Positions 39,601 through 52,035 of a DNA stretch of 64,000 nucleotides are shown here, one piece after another (within the stretch, counting starts at the first letter, position 1; each line of letters opens with the position of its first letter). Where the stretch lies: NCBI GenBank assembly GCA_043228905.1, contig JBHGNT010000029.1, positions 248,001-312,000 on the forward strand. Reading direction: 5' to 3'. The notes beneath the pieces are model-generated. The model was not told the origin of the DNA and ran no database searches. It was given only the letters and a program-made list of their open reading frames with translations. Source of the stretch: Azolla caroliniana. Taxonomy: Eukaryota > Plantae > Polypodiophyta. The translations under genes were made by a program, and so were the position numbers.

Positions 39601-40601
39601 AATTTAGATTTTTTAATTCCATATCATAGCTAGCGTTGTTAGCTTCGATTCGCATGTTTGAACAGAGAAATCCGATATCACACAAGCGAGGTATGAACAT
39701 TTTAATTTACTCATTCACCCTACTCAACTCCCTATTCAAATTTGCTAATTTCTTTATGTCTCTCGACCTGAGTTTCAAAATCTTGATTTTTTAATTCCAT
39801 ATCATAGCTAGCGTTGTTAGCTCCGATTCGCATGTTTGAACAGAGAAATCCGATATCACACAAGCGAGGTATTAACATTTTAATTTACTCAAGGGCTCTA
39901 CTCAACTCCCTCCTCAAATTTGCTAATTTCTTCATGTCTCTCGACCTGAGTTTCCAGATCTTGATTTTTTAATTCCATATCATAGCTAGCGTTGTTAGCT
40001 CCGATTCCGATGTTTGAATAGAGAAATCCGATATTACACGAGCGAGGTATGAACATTTTAATTTACTCAAGGGCTCTACTCAACTCCCTCCTCAAATTTG
40101 CTAATTTCTTCATGTCTCTCGACCTGAGTTTCTAGATCTTGATTTTTTAATTCCATATCATAGCTAGCGTTGTTAGCTCCGATTCCCATGTTTGAATAGA
40201 GAAATCCGATATTACACGAGCGAGGTATGAACATTTTAATTTGCTCAAGGGCTCTACTCAACTCCCTCCTCAAATTTGGTAATTTCTTCATGTCTCTCGA
40301 CCTGAGTTTCCAGATCTTGATTTTTTAATTCCATATCATAGCTAGCGTTGTTAGCTTCGATTTGCATGTTTGAACAGAGAAATCCGATATCACACGAGCG
40401 AGGTATGAAGAATTTAATCTACTCATTCGCCCTACTCAACTCCCTCCTCAAATTTGGTAATTTCGTCATGTCTCTCGACCTGAGTTTCAAAATCTTGATT
40501 TTTTAATTCCATATCATAGCTAGCGTTGTTAGCTCCGATTCGCATGTTTGAACACAAAAATCTGATATCACACGAGCGAGGTATGAACATTTTAATTTAC
40601 T

Positions 40602-43600
40602 TCGTGATCATTAGCAACATTATTGTCAACATTTTGTAACTTATTCTCTTTGTGTTGTTTTAGCTCTAGAATGTATTTACCTAATTTCTTAATATCTAGA
40701 GTATCTAATAGTTTGGGGAGGGTGGGAGACGGACCAAGTATTTCTTGGTATTTAACCCTTATCTCGGCATAGGTTGGACACTTGCATGTAAAGTGGTACT
40801 CATCCTCTATCTCTATGTGACATAACCTACATATCCTTTCCTCCCTAGGGACTCCACTAGTACGGCTATTCTCAATCTCAAGTTGGTGAGATGATATTCT
40901 AAGTTGTCCAATGGCAACCCTTAGTGCATGTGGTAAGAATACATCTAGATATTTTGGTCACGTGATAAAACCTAACTCAGAGAAGTGCATGAAGTGTTTC
41001 TTATAGTACAACATTTTAGATGGGAGTGGCTCTCGTGGGGTGATCCATTTACACCGAGTGTAAATTTGCCATATTTCTTGGCATATTACTTTATTGCGGT
41101 CCTCATGAGAGATTAAGGTGTTATCACTCGTGTGGTTGTACCTAAGGGGAGGTAGGTTATTAATGTCTAGACCATTCGCAAGAAGCCAACTCACCATCAT
41201 GCCATACCATGATCGAGAGGCCTTAAAGGCTTGATGAGATATTCTATCATGTGGTTGGCTATGTATCCTATCAATGAAGACTACAAGTTGAAAAAGTGCC
41301 TCTACTAACACTGGGGGTAACGTGAACTCGGCCCTAATAATGTCATGTGGTACAGTCGATTTGCTTCGGAGTTGGCGTGATAGTATCATCACCAATGGTC
41401 TCTCTAATTGCGTCCACATGAAAGATGGTAATCCTGGAGCCCAAACCGTTGATGCATACATGAGGAAGGGGGTCACTAATGAGTCAAAGAGCCACCTTTT
41501 AGTCTGTGGCTCTTGAAAGTGTGCTTGGTGGCATTGTCTCTCTAGGAGTGAGAGGGATGCATGTCCTCTCGTGAGTCTATCCTTCGCTGCCTGTGTCATC
41601 GAAAATTTACCTGAGCGGGCACTAAAAGTGACTCCGAGATAGACGTATGATCCAACCACCTCGATTGGGCTATGGGAGATAGTTAAGTGACACTTAGCTC
41701 TAACTTGGGCCGATGTGTGGAAGATAAGGACTTTCGTTTTCCCTAGATTCACTACCAATCCTCGTTGTACACAAAAGTCATCTAAGGCATTAAGGTGCCT
41801 CTGTAGGTCGTGTTCGGATTCAGAGAGCAAAACTATGTCATCCGCATAGAGCAAGATACGAACCTGCGTATCCCCAAGGACCACTCCGGTGCCTCCCTCA
41901 CGAGCAATAAAATCTGTGATCTCATCAATGTAGATCCCAAAAAGCGTCGGTGATAGGGAGCAACCTTGTTTTACACCAATAGTGCTAGTGAAACGATTAG
42001 ATAGGCCACCTGGGCATCGGACACACCCGGACACTTGTTCATATAGTGCGTAGATGGCCCATACCATATCATTTGGTATCCTCAAGCTTTTAAGTCTATC
42101 AAACAACCGCTCTCTAGGGACTGTGTCAAAGGCTTTGCGGAAGTCCACAAAACAACAATATAATTTCTTCTTGCGAGCCTTAGTTTGGTCAATTAGGCAT
42201 CTAAGTGTGAAGATATGATCAATAGTGGAGAAGGCTCGTCTAAAGCCAGCTTGTTCAGGTGCACGAAGGTTTAGGGTCTCCATATAGTCGCTAAGCTCTG
42301 CTTCCATTATTGCACCATATAACTTAGCAAGGGTATGGCCTATCATAATGGTCCTATATGTATTTGGGTCCATGGGGTCCCCCCCTTTATGTATGGGGGC
42401 CACTGTATTCATAGTCCACTGTGGTGGAAAAACCTCCGCAAGGGCACGATTGAAGATTAGAGTTAGCAAGGGAGCTAGGCACTCTCTCGCATATATAATG
42501 TGTTCTACTCGCAATCCTGTGTGGTCCATGGACTTCCTATGTTGTAATTTCTTTATGACCTTCATGACCCTAGAGGTCGTGAAAAGTGTCCCCGTGGTAG
42601 GCCGGGGTGTGGAAGGCATTGGAATGGGTGGTTGGTTTGGGATTTGGTAAAGTCTCTCTGTATATGTGTGCCAAGTTTCGGGATCTTCGATGGGTGTTTG
42701 TGGTCTTGGCTCCCGTAGTCTCTTCCATGCCGTGGCGCAATCGCTACTCATGAGCATATGGTAGAGTTCCCAGTATTGGGATGCCTCCCACGCTCGTCTC
42801 TTACGACGTGTCATCTTACGCATTTCTTTGCGAGCTTGTATGGAGGTAATACTACCATTGAGTTGCGATACTGTAAGTTGTCTATGTAAGTCCCTACAAT
42901 CCTCGTCATACCATTTATTTTGTGGCATTGATCCTGATCTACCTTGATTTGAGTGTTTTGTATATGGGAAACTGCTAGCTGTTGCGGAGTGAAGGATGTG
43001 TGTGAGTTTTGTACTAAGGCTTTCTAACAGTAGGGAGGGATCAAGGGAGGGGAGATGGGCTTGAACATGTTGAGAGTATATGTCAGAGAGCTCATGTGTG
43101 AAATGTATTGTGGTGTGATGGCATGGTTGACTAGACTTGGTGACCTTAGAGATATCACATTTTAGCTCGAAGTATAAGAAACTATGGTCTGCGCCAATAG
43201 GGCATGGGGCCACTCGGAAGGAGTTAATCATGTGGGTAGCTTTAGGGTGCCCTATTAGATAGTCAACTGTGTTTTCCCCTCCTCCATGTGGGAAACATGT
43301 GAGCTCTTCCGAGCCCGGCCACTTAGCTAAACCATTATATATGACCATCCGGTGCCGACTGCCAAGTTCGAGCAGATGATGGCCAAAGCTCGTGGCGTCC
43401 GCACCTTGATCCTTTGATCTACGTGTGGTGCCTATGTCTAAAGGATCAACATTTACCATTTCTAGGTTTCTATTCATCTGAAATACTGTGCATTGTCGGG
43501 ATTGGGTTCTCGCATTGAAGTCTCCTACAAGAAATACTTCTCCTTGGGAAGAATATCGGATTATGTCATCCGATAGGGGTTCGTATGGAGAAGGCCCATG

Positions 43601-44023
43601 TGGCATTCCTTCATCGACTAATCTCGTCAAGCCACCAATATTATAACAGGATCCTTTTGGGGGAAAGTAACAAATGGCGAAAAATACTGCATGGTCTTTG
43701 CTTGTGGAGACTTTCACCCACATAAAACGAGCTTCTGGGTCTATCTTCATTATTTCTATCCTATTATGTAGCTCTCTACGAAATAGTATCGCGACACCTC
43801 CAGATCCCCTAATAGTGTGTCGACGTGAGGTTTGTGTAAAAGCGGACTCCCAACGGAATCCTTCGACCCGTGGGAGTCCTCTATTTGGGCTCTGATGTGT
43901 TTCTACCAAGAAAAGTATATCAGATACCTTTAGTATCTCCTCTAGGCGGCCGGGGTGTGCCCAAGGTGCGCCATTACAATTCCATAGGGTCATCCTAAGT
44001 GCATTTTCTGTCACATGGGCCAC
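40602..44023 (-). pseudogene. LINE ORF2 (AP endonuclease + reverse transcriptase + C-terminal Cys/His motif), premature stop at 40958-40960
   Basis: WNCNG, LVETH, VGDFNART, VDY, ADH endonuclease motifs; QAGFR, FVDFRKAFD, GVKQGC, LLYADD RT motifs. The reading frame continues past the TGA (PKYLDVFLPH...RICRLCH...EYHFTCKCP) as in the second copy. Confidence 0.92.
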
Positions 44024-44029
44024 ACGCCG

Positions 44030-44838
44030 TCAATTAGTAGTGCGATCATTTATGATCACTCGCCTGTCTCGGTAAAAGGCGCGATGGCCTTCTTTACGAG
44101 CTTGCATAACTCGTGGCATACAACTCTTGCGATGCTCAATTTGCATCTTAGTGAGGTCTTCATCGAGATAGATGGGGTCCCCATCCATTCCTCGAAGGAT
44201 TGGTCTCTTCTTAAAGAAAGTGATTCTAGAGTCTAAGTCTTTAAATTGAAGGACTAAGGCTCTCTTCCTAGTTGTGTCACGCCCGACCCTCCATGCTTTG
44301 GTGATAGGTAGGGCCTCTGTGTACCCTAACATTTTCCCAAGTGTTTGTGCGTCCTCATTTGGGGATGCACCTTGAGCCCAGTGACACGTACATTTAAGCG
44401 TCGGGCCTGACGCATTTTCTCTTCTTCAAGGGTGGTATTAACAATATTTTCATCTTTTATTTCTTTTTTAATGTTTCTTTTAACCACATCTACCCAACCC
44501 GTTTTAGCTAACTCTATGTTATTATTAACTTCCTCTTTAACTTTTTTAATTTCGTCCTTTATATCCTCTATAGAGGATATTTCACCGTCTTCTCGAGATA
44601 CCTTGATGTCCTTAAGTTGTTTTTTAAGGTCGATGTTTTCTACTTTAAGTTGTTCTATTTCGGCCTTGAGGGCATCTTTTTCCTCTCTATCTTTTTTCTT
44701 GTGGGTTTCGGTGTCTTTCACCCATTTTTTCATATCCATCTCTATTTTTGTTAAACGATTAAACATATCTAAAAAGTCCTCCTTACTTATAGCCTCGTCT
44801 TGTATATCCTTATGTTCCTTAGTCCGTCTAGACGTCAT
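44030..44838 (-). pseudogene. LINE ORF1 (coiled coil + RRM-like domain), split by a frameshift near 44330-44370
   Basis: ORFs 44326-44838 (heptad-rich, then RRLNVRVTGL) and 44030-44332 (WRVGR...LVLQF...IYLDEDLT...ARKEG) overlap in different frames and end a few bp before the ORF2 ATG. Confidence 0.85.
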
Positions 44839-44984
44839 TGTGGTGTCAATAGGAAAAAAAGGTAAAATAAATGGGTTCGAGACTTAGCCGAGTTTGTGTG
44901 TATGTCGCAATCACATCGGCATTTTGTAGCACGCGACGAGCACACCAAAAGAACCCACCCACGAACTCGTCAATTTCACAACAT

Positions 44985-44986
<2 letters not shown>

Positions 44987-45022
<36 letters not shown>
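44987..45022. repeat. (AG)18 microsatellite at the LINE 5' junction
   Basis: Seen directly. Further simple repeats (TATG, CCTCT, TACA, GCCTCT) follow to about 45360. Confidence 0.95.
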
Positions 45023-45025
<3 letters not shown>

Positions 45026-45376
45026 ACACGTTATGTATGGAAGGAAGGAAGTATGTACATATGTATGTATGTGACATGCTTGGGGTGTCAAGGAAGCTTG
45101 GAGTGGTTCAAATATTCAAAACCATGTCCAGGCCTCCCCTCCCCCCTCCCTCCTCTCCTCTCCTCTCCTCTCCTCTGGGTTTACATTACATAACATTACA
45201 TACATACAATTTTCTCTCATATATATATGTACAGACATATATATTAATATACATACATGCATACATATGATACAGTATTTTGTGTATTTTGCTGCGGGTT
45301 GGTTTACTGTAGCCTGCCTCTGCCTCTGCCTCTGCCTCTGCTGCCTCTGCTGCTGCTCTGAAGCAGACAGGCGGAC

Positions 45377-48300
45377 ATGCTGATGATGAAGAAATCACAT
45401 TGTAGTAGTGGCAGGTTCAGGTTCCTTCGCCATTGTGCTGCTGCTACAGCTACAGCTACAGCTACAGCTACAGCTACAGCAGCTGCTGCTGTGAAGAAGA
45501 AGCCATCATCATGTTTCATCACAGTCTCAGGGGCAGCGGCTCATTCATCTGCCTTCATCAGAGAATGTAGCAGGGCCTGTCCTATCTATACCATATCTTC
45601 TTCTGTATTATCCAGGTCCATACACGGGGCTCCACCTCTCTGCACGTCTAAGCTACAGGCAGCGGCGGCCCCTATCCCCAGAGGGGTGCCTCTATCCCGC
45701 CTCACCGATAACTTCCTGGATGGCACAAGCAGTGTCTACCTTGAGGAGCTGCAGAGAGCTTGGGAAACTGACCCTCACAGTGTGGATGAATCTTGGAACA
45801 GCTTCTTCCTCAATTTCACTGGCCAAGCTGCTTCCACGCTGCCCGGTGTCTCAGGGCAAACGATCCAGGAAAGTATGCGCTTGTTGCTTCTGGTTAGGGC
45901 TTACCAAGTGAACGGCCATATGAAAGCGAAGCTGGATCCTCTGGATATGGACAAACGGTCCGTGCCTGTAGACTTGGACCCGGCTCTCTATGGCTTTACT
46001 GAAGCCGACTTGGATAGAGAGTTCTTCTTAGGAGTGTGGCGGATGTCTGGATTCTTGTCAGAGAATCGCCCAGTGCAGACTCTCAGAGCCATTCTAACCC
46101 GACTGGAGCAAGCCTATTGTGGCACTGTTGGCTATGAATACATGCACATTCCGGACCGGGAGAAGTGCAATTGGCTTCGGGAAAGAATAGAAACACAAGC
46201 TCCACGTAATTACAGCCCTCAGAGACAGGCTGTGATTCTCGATCGGCTAATTTGGAGCAGTACATTCGAAAATTTTCTCGCACAACGATGGACCGCAGCT
46301 AAGCGTTTTGGTTTGGAAGGATGTGAAACTCTGATCCCTGGAATGAAGGAGCTCATTGATAGGGCTGCAGAACTTGGAGTAGAAAACATTGTGATTGGTA
46401 TGCCCCACAGGGGTAGATTAAATGTCCTTGCCAATGTGGTAAGGAAACCATTACGACACATCTTCAGCGAATTCAGTAGTGGAATAAAGCCTGATGGGGA
46501 AAGTGGAACTTATGTAGGGAGTGGGGATGTGAAATACCATCTAGGAACTTCCTATGATAGGCCTACCCGTGGAGGGAAGAGACTCCATTTGTCTCTTGTT
46601 GCAAATCCCAGCCATCTTGAGGCTGTGAATCCTATTGTGGCTGGAAAAACACGGGCAAAGCAATATTACACAAAAGATAAGGAAAGGGTGAAATGTATGA
46701 GCGTGCTGCTGCATGGAGATGGTAGCTTCTCTGGGCAAGGCGTTGTATATGAGACATTGCATCTAAGTGACTTGCCAAATTACAGCACAGGGGGCACCAT
46801 CCACATTGTCGTGAACAATCAGGTTGCTTTCACGACGGATCCGAAGGCATGCCGATCATCACCTTACTGTACCGATGTCGCTAAAGCCTTAAATGCACCT
46901 ATCTTCCATGTGAATGGTGATGATGTGGAAGCTGTTGTGCATGTTTGTGAGCTAGCAGCCAACTGGAGGAATAAGTTTCATTCAGATGTTGTGGTGGATA
47001 TAGTTTGCTATAGAAGATTTGGTCATAATGAGATTGACGAACCCTCTTTCACGCAGCCGAAGATGTATCAGGTAGAAATCTCAACAATTACCTTGTAGAT
47101 GGACAGATTTGTGCCTTCATTCCTCTCATTTTTGTAGAAGTACAGATTTCGTAGAAAATAGGTTCTCAAAAGTTGTAAAATTATCTTTTCTTACATACAG
47201 GTCATAAGGAACCACCCACCGGCCGTACATCTATATGAGAACAGATTGAAAGATTTGGGAACAATGACAAAAGAGGAAGTTGACAAACTGCATAATAAGG
47301 TTATGTCTATCTTAAACGAGGAGTTTAATAATTGCAAAGATTATGTGCCAAAAACTCGAGACTGGCTATCTGCGTTTTGGGCTGGGTTCAAAGGTCCGGA
47401 ACAACTCTCCCGAATCAGGAACACAGGGTATAATTCCGAAACTCTGTTATATATCACTTTCAAATAGATAAAAAAAAAAACTAAAAATAATCCTAATTCA
47501 ATTATTTATTTTCATAGCTGTAAGCCAGAGATTCTAAAGCATGTAGGCAAGTCCATCACAACTCTACCATCTGATTTCCATCCACATAGAACTATCAAAA
47601 GAACGTACGATCAAAGGGCGCAAATGATAGAAACAGAACAAGGCGTGGATTGGGCCACAGCAGAGGCTCTCGCTTTTGGTACGCTTATTGTGGAGGGCAA
47701 TCATGTACGATTGAGTGGTCAGGATGTTGAAAGGGGTACATTCAGCCACAGACATTCTGTGCTGCATGATCAATTAACAGGTGACAAATATTGTCCACTT
47801 GATCACGTGATCATGAATCAGGAAGAAGAGATGTTCACAGTCAGCAACAGGTATGAAAACTTACTCTGTTTGCAGGCATTACATCTTAATAATGTGCATG
47901 ATGCTATTTCAAGAGGTGGGTGGATAGCATGACAAGCTAACGTCAATTTGAGTATCATAAAGTCAGTCAAGAGTAGTTCTCCTGAACCTAATGTCCAAAA
48001 TAATGATACGGAAAATGGGTTGCCAAATTCCATGTTCTATTTTCTAGGTAGGAAACAGAGAGTTTTTATTGCAACCATGTCAATAGTCTTCAGCAATATA
48101 AGTGATCAAAATCTCGAATCAATATGTAAGAAGCTACTGTATTGAAAAGAAACAACCATTTGATCTGCAATAAAATTTCATAAGAATTAGCTGTTTGCAA
48201 TTGAAGCCTTAACGAGTGGATGCTCTTTTTAACATCGATGCAACAGTTTTAAGTCTTATCATGGTTGAAACAAAATTATTCGTTTGATTGGCCCAGTTCG

Positions 48301-51300
48301 CTTTCTGAGTTCGGAGTGCTTGGGTTTGAGCTGGGGTATTCAATGGAAAATCCAAACTCCTTGGTTTTATGGGAAGCCCAGTTTGGGGACTTTGCAAATG
48401 GTGCACAAGTAATCTTTGATCAGTTTTTAAGTGGTGGGGAAGCGAAGTGGCTTCGTCAAGCTGGTTTAGTAGTTTTGCTTCCTCATGGTTATGATGGACA
48501 AGGACCAGAGCATTCCAGTGGTCGTCTAGAGAGATTTTTGCAGGTAACTCATTTCACACATCTATATATTATACAAATATATATCACCTAAATATTATGG
48601 ATTCCATTTGCAATTGATTATATTCAAATGTGGTTCAAGAATATTGCCGGAGGATATTTTGTAGCATGTGTTTTGTTATTCACATGATATAGTAGCTTGG
48701 GTGGCTATCAATGTGGACGCAGCTCAACCATGGAGTTTTGTTGCTGGTAAGAGTCTCAGGTTTCCATTGGCCTGATGCAGTTATTCCCAATGCTGAACTT
48801 TCAGCCAATCCAGCTGCACACTACATTGTTGAAAAGCTTCTTATTGTTGACCCTCAAGAAAAACTTTCTGCTTTTTATGGCCTCCAAGTGATTTGTGATT
48901 TTCCAACTTTCTCAGTCGTTTCAGTTGCTGCTGATTTGTTGCTCTTCATTCCAAGAGAAACTTCTGGATCGTAACTTCTCTTGCCTCTTGGTTGGTTGGA
49001 TGAACTATTTTCTATTCCTGTAGTCTTCTTAGCCTTAGATGTTTGGCTTTTCTGCGGTAGCTTCAAAATTTAGGCATCTATCTCTCTACGGAGAGTTTCA
49101 CTACTTAGTCATCCCCCCCTTTGGTTCACTCCTCCAAGAACAAATAGGTCTTGCACTTCTGCTACACTGGACGCTAAAAATATCTATTCTGAACAAATCC
49201 AACCATTCAAATCATAAGATGGCTTACCTCCTCTATTCTACTATTTTTGTTCGTTGAAGCTTTTTGGATTCCTTGGACGACTTATTTGAAATCATAATGC
49301 CCGTAAGGTTACAGAATTCAACCCTCCTTGTGCTGGAGGCCGTCCTTTTTGGTTTAAGAAGTCCCACATCACTTCATGAAGCACACCAAACTCATTTAAA
49401 GAAAACCAACCTGTGATGTGATCCTCCACCATGATTCATCTGCTCGGGCATTAACTGTTCAGTAATGTGAAAAAACTCATTAATCTTCTTACTGCGGTTG
49501 ACCCCATCATTTGCAGCATACCTCTGAAATCTTGTAGCAGATTTGTTAAACTCATTGGGAAGGTTCGGACTTCATCCCATTCTGTGCTTGGAGAAAGCAA
49601 GCCATCAGCGATGGTTCATAACCTACAATGTTGCTTTTGGATTGCATTTACAAACTTTGACATGCGTGCATGCCTACACCTGGTTCATGGGAAGGAGGAT
49701 AATGGTAAACACATTGTGCCTAGCAACCTTCTGTCTGCGGTCCTACCTCAGGTTCCACTCTTTGGCAGCACCAACTCCCTAGTAAAAACCTAAGGCTCAC
49801 ATACTTTGGACATTGGTTTCACTCTGTGGTGTTGTAACTTGTAACACAGTCAGATCACCCCTATTCTTGAATGGAAGTTGGTAAATTTGATAGGTCTCAT
49901 GAAGTTATTGAGAAAGTTGGAAGTAGGGCCTGCATCCCCTTTATTGCAATGGACGTTTAGTGGCATATTTCATTAGGGAGCACTGTGTTATGGCTAGGAG
50001 ACATTTCGCTCAGTTACCAGAAATTTCTGGTGCGATACTTGATGCATGGTTAGTGGTTAAGCAGAATGCTTTCCTTTCATATGAGTTCTGGTGGCATTAG
50101 TTCGGCAAGTTCAGATTGGTTTGTTTTCATGAGACAGTCCTGGTTCTGGCATGTAGTATGGGATGAAAGCTCTGCTTACATTTTTTTCTAGAACTCGGAT
50201 GATGCGGCCATGGTTTAGATACCCATTGGGCAACAGTTCTGCCTAACCCCACTTTCTCGTCGCGGGATGTCCTAATTGCTGCTGCTGTCAGCAGTGGCAT
50301 ATTGCAAGGTGGGTAGTTCATCTGGAATTTCGAATTCCACCATGTGTGGCAGTCTAGTAGTTGCCTCTTCCAACACAAGTTGTCAAAATTCTCTTATTCA
50401 ATAGTATATTGGATGCTGCCACCTGTGGTCAGTTGCCCAATGCTCGTGCAGTTTGGCTTGCCTCCAGTCTGCTGCTACGAATACGGGTACAGGTCCATCC
50501 ACTATTGATACTTTGGCCATAGTTTGGTGTGAATCAATTCAAAATGTGCAGATTCAGTTAGATGCATGGTCTTCCAGGGCTGAAGAACAAAGATATCATG
50601 ATTTCCTAAGCGTGACGGAGTTTTCACCTGTTCCTTGACATCACTTTTGGTGTAATTGTTTAGAATTGCACACCCCCACAAATTGTTTTCTTATGCAGAG
50701 TCTAAATCGTTGTGGGCTATTGTTTTTGTAATTCCTCAGAATTAGGCCAAACAGAAAATCTGGATTTGTATTTGTCCTCTTGGTTTTTATACCATTTTTA
50801 AGCATTTTATTCAGATTTATTTATATCTGCAATATGCAATGCTTTATTGGTTTTGTGCATTTTCTATGCAATCCAAACTAAGCTTTGACTTCTTTTTATT
50901 AACTAAAACTGATGCAGTTATTTTTTGTGTACACATGAAAGAAGTGAAAGAAAGTTAATTCCTAATGGTTGTTATCTTCTTTTCATAACTTTGCAGATGA
51001 GTAATGATAACCCCTTCGTGATTCCAGAGATGGATCCATATTTGCGAACACAGGTTCAGGAGTGCAATTGGCAAGTTGTGAATGTAACTACTCCAGCTAA
51101 TTATTTTCATGTGCTTCGCAGACAGGTTGGTTGAAAAAGCTTTACCATCCATAATTTAAAATAAGCTAAGTAGGATACTCTGCTGATGCCTTTTTTTTTT
51201 TCTTTCAAAAGATTCACAGAGAATTTCGTAAGCCTTTGATTGTTATGGCACCAAAGAATCTCCTTCGCCATCCCTCTTGCAAGTCCAACCTTACAGAATT

Positions 51301-52035
51301 TGATGATGTACAAGGGCATCCTGGGTTTGACAAACAAGGAACACGTTTCCAATGCCTGATTAAGGATCAAAACTTTCTTTCTGATACAGAGGATGGAGTT
51401 CGGAGGCTAGTCCTCTGCTCTGGAAAGGTGTGGGCTGTTTAGTGTCTGTACCCTGATGTTTCTATTTGTATGTCAGTAGCTCTAAAGCTTTACTATGGTT
51501 GTTATCTGATCCATAAGCTTATTTAGAGTCCTAATTCACCCTCTTGACGCCACAGGTGTATTATGAACTGGAGGAGGAAAAAAGCAACTTGGCTGAAGGG
51601 AAGGACATTGCTATATGCCGTATAGAACAATTATGCCCTTTCCCTTATGACCTTGTACAAAAGGAGTTGAAGCGCTACCCAAGTAAAATTATGCTCTCCC
51701 TTAATAACACTAAAAATATCCCTTACCCAACCTTCTCTCTACTTGATGGTATGTTCCAGTCATTATTCTGAATGTGTTGTGCTTGTATCAACATTATGTC
51801 AGATGCTGAGGTAGTTTGGTGTCAAGAAGAACCGATGAACATGGGTGGCTATTCCTACATTGCACCACGACTCTCCTCTGCTATGCAGGCTTTGAATCGA
51901 GGCAAATATGAAGACATCAAATATGTTGGGAGGGCACCATCTGCTGCTACTGCAACTGGGTTTTCTACAGTCCACTTTCAGGAGCAAAAAGAACTGGTCC
52001 ACAAAGCTTTGCAGTCAGCTGAAATTCACTTGTAG
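45377..52035 (+). CDS. OGDH: Mitochondrial 2-oxoglutarate dehydrogenase E1 component; 8 coding exons: 45377-47071, 47201-47427, 47518-47850, 48297-48543, 50997-51125, 51212-51427, 51556-51682, 51803-52035
   Basis: [24 protein letters not shown], ThDP motif GDGSFSGQG...[43 protein letters not shown]. All introns are GT-AG and frames join. The N-terminus is Arg/Ser/Ala-rich, like a transit peptide. Exact start ATG uncertain (45377/45383/45386). Confidence 0.96.

Larger units (their letters stand above)
1..40601. repeat. Tandem satellite array, 178-bp monomer (~190 copies, open at left edge; interrupted by two LTR insertions)
   Basis: The motif CTACTCAACTCCCTCCTCAAATTTG...CATATCATAGCTAGCGTTGTTAGCT...AAATCCGATATCACACGAG recurs every 178 bp (11, 189, 367...). 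All copies have the same orientation. The last monomer ends at ...TTTAATTTACT 40601. Confidence 0.99.
40602..44986 (-). mobile_element. Non-LTR retrotransposon (LINE, RTE-X/RTE-like), 5' end apparently complete, 3' end missing
   Basis: ORF1 and ORF2 in tandem. The 5' end abuts (AG)18. The 3' part matches the copy at 62452-63591 but stops at the satellite. The clade call is inferred from RT motifs, the ORF1 type and the C-terminal zinc motif. Confidence 0.92.

Noticed and set aside
189-40291. More than 100 similar 60-120 aa ORFs (MKLRSRDMKKL..., MLASI...)
   Set aside because: They are translations of the 178-bp satellite. The period is not a multiple of 3, many starts are non-ATG, and there are no domain motifs.
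1-40601. CRISPR-like array
   Set aside because: No unique spacers (whole monomers repeat), no cas genes, and the context is eukaryotic with spliceosomal introns.
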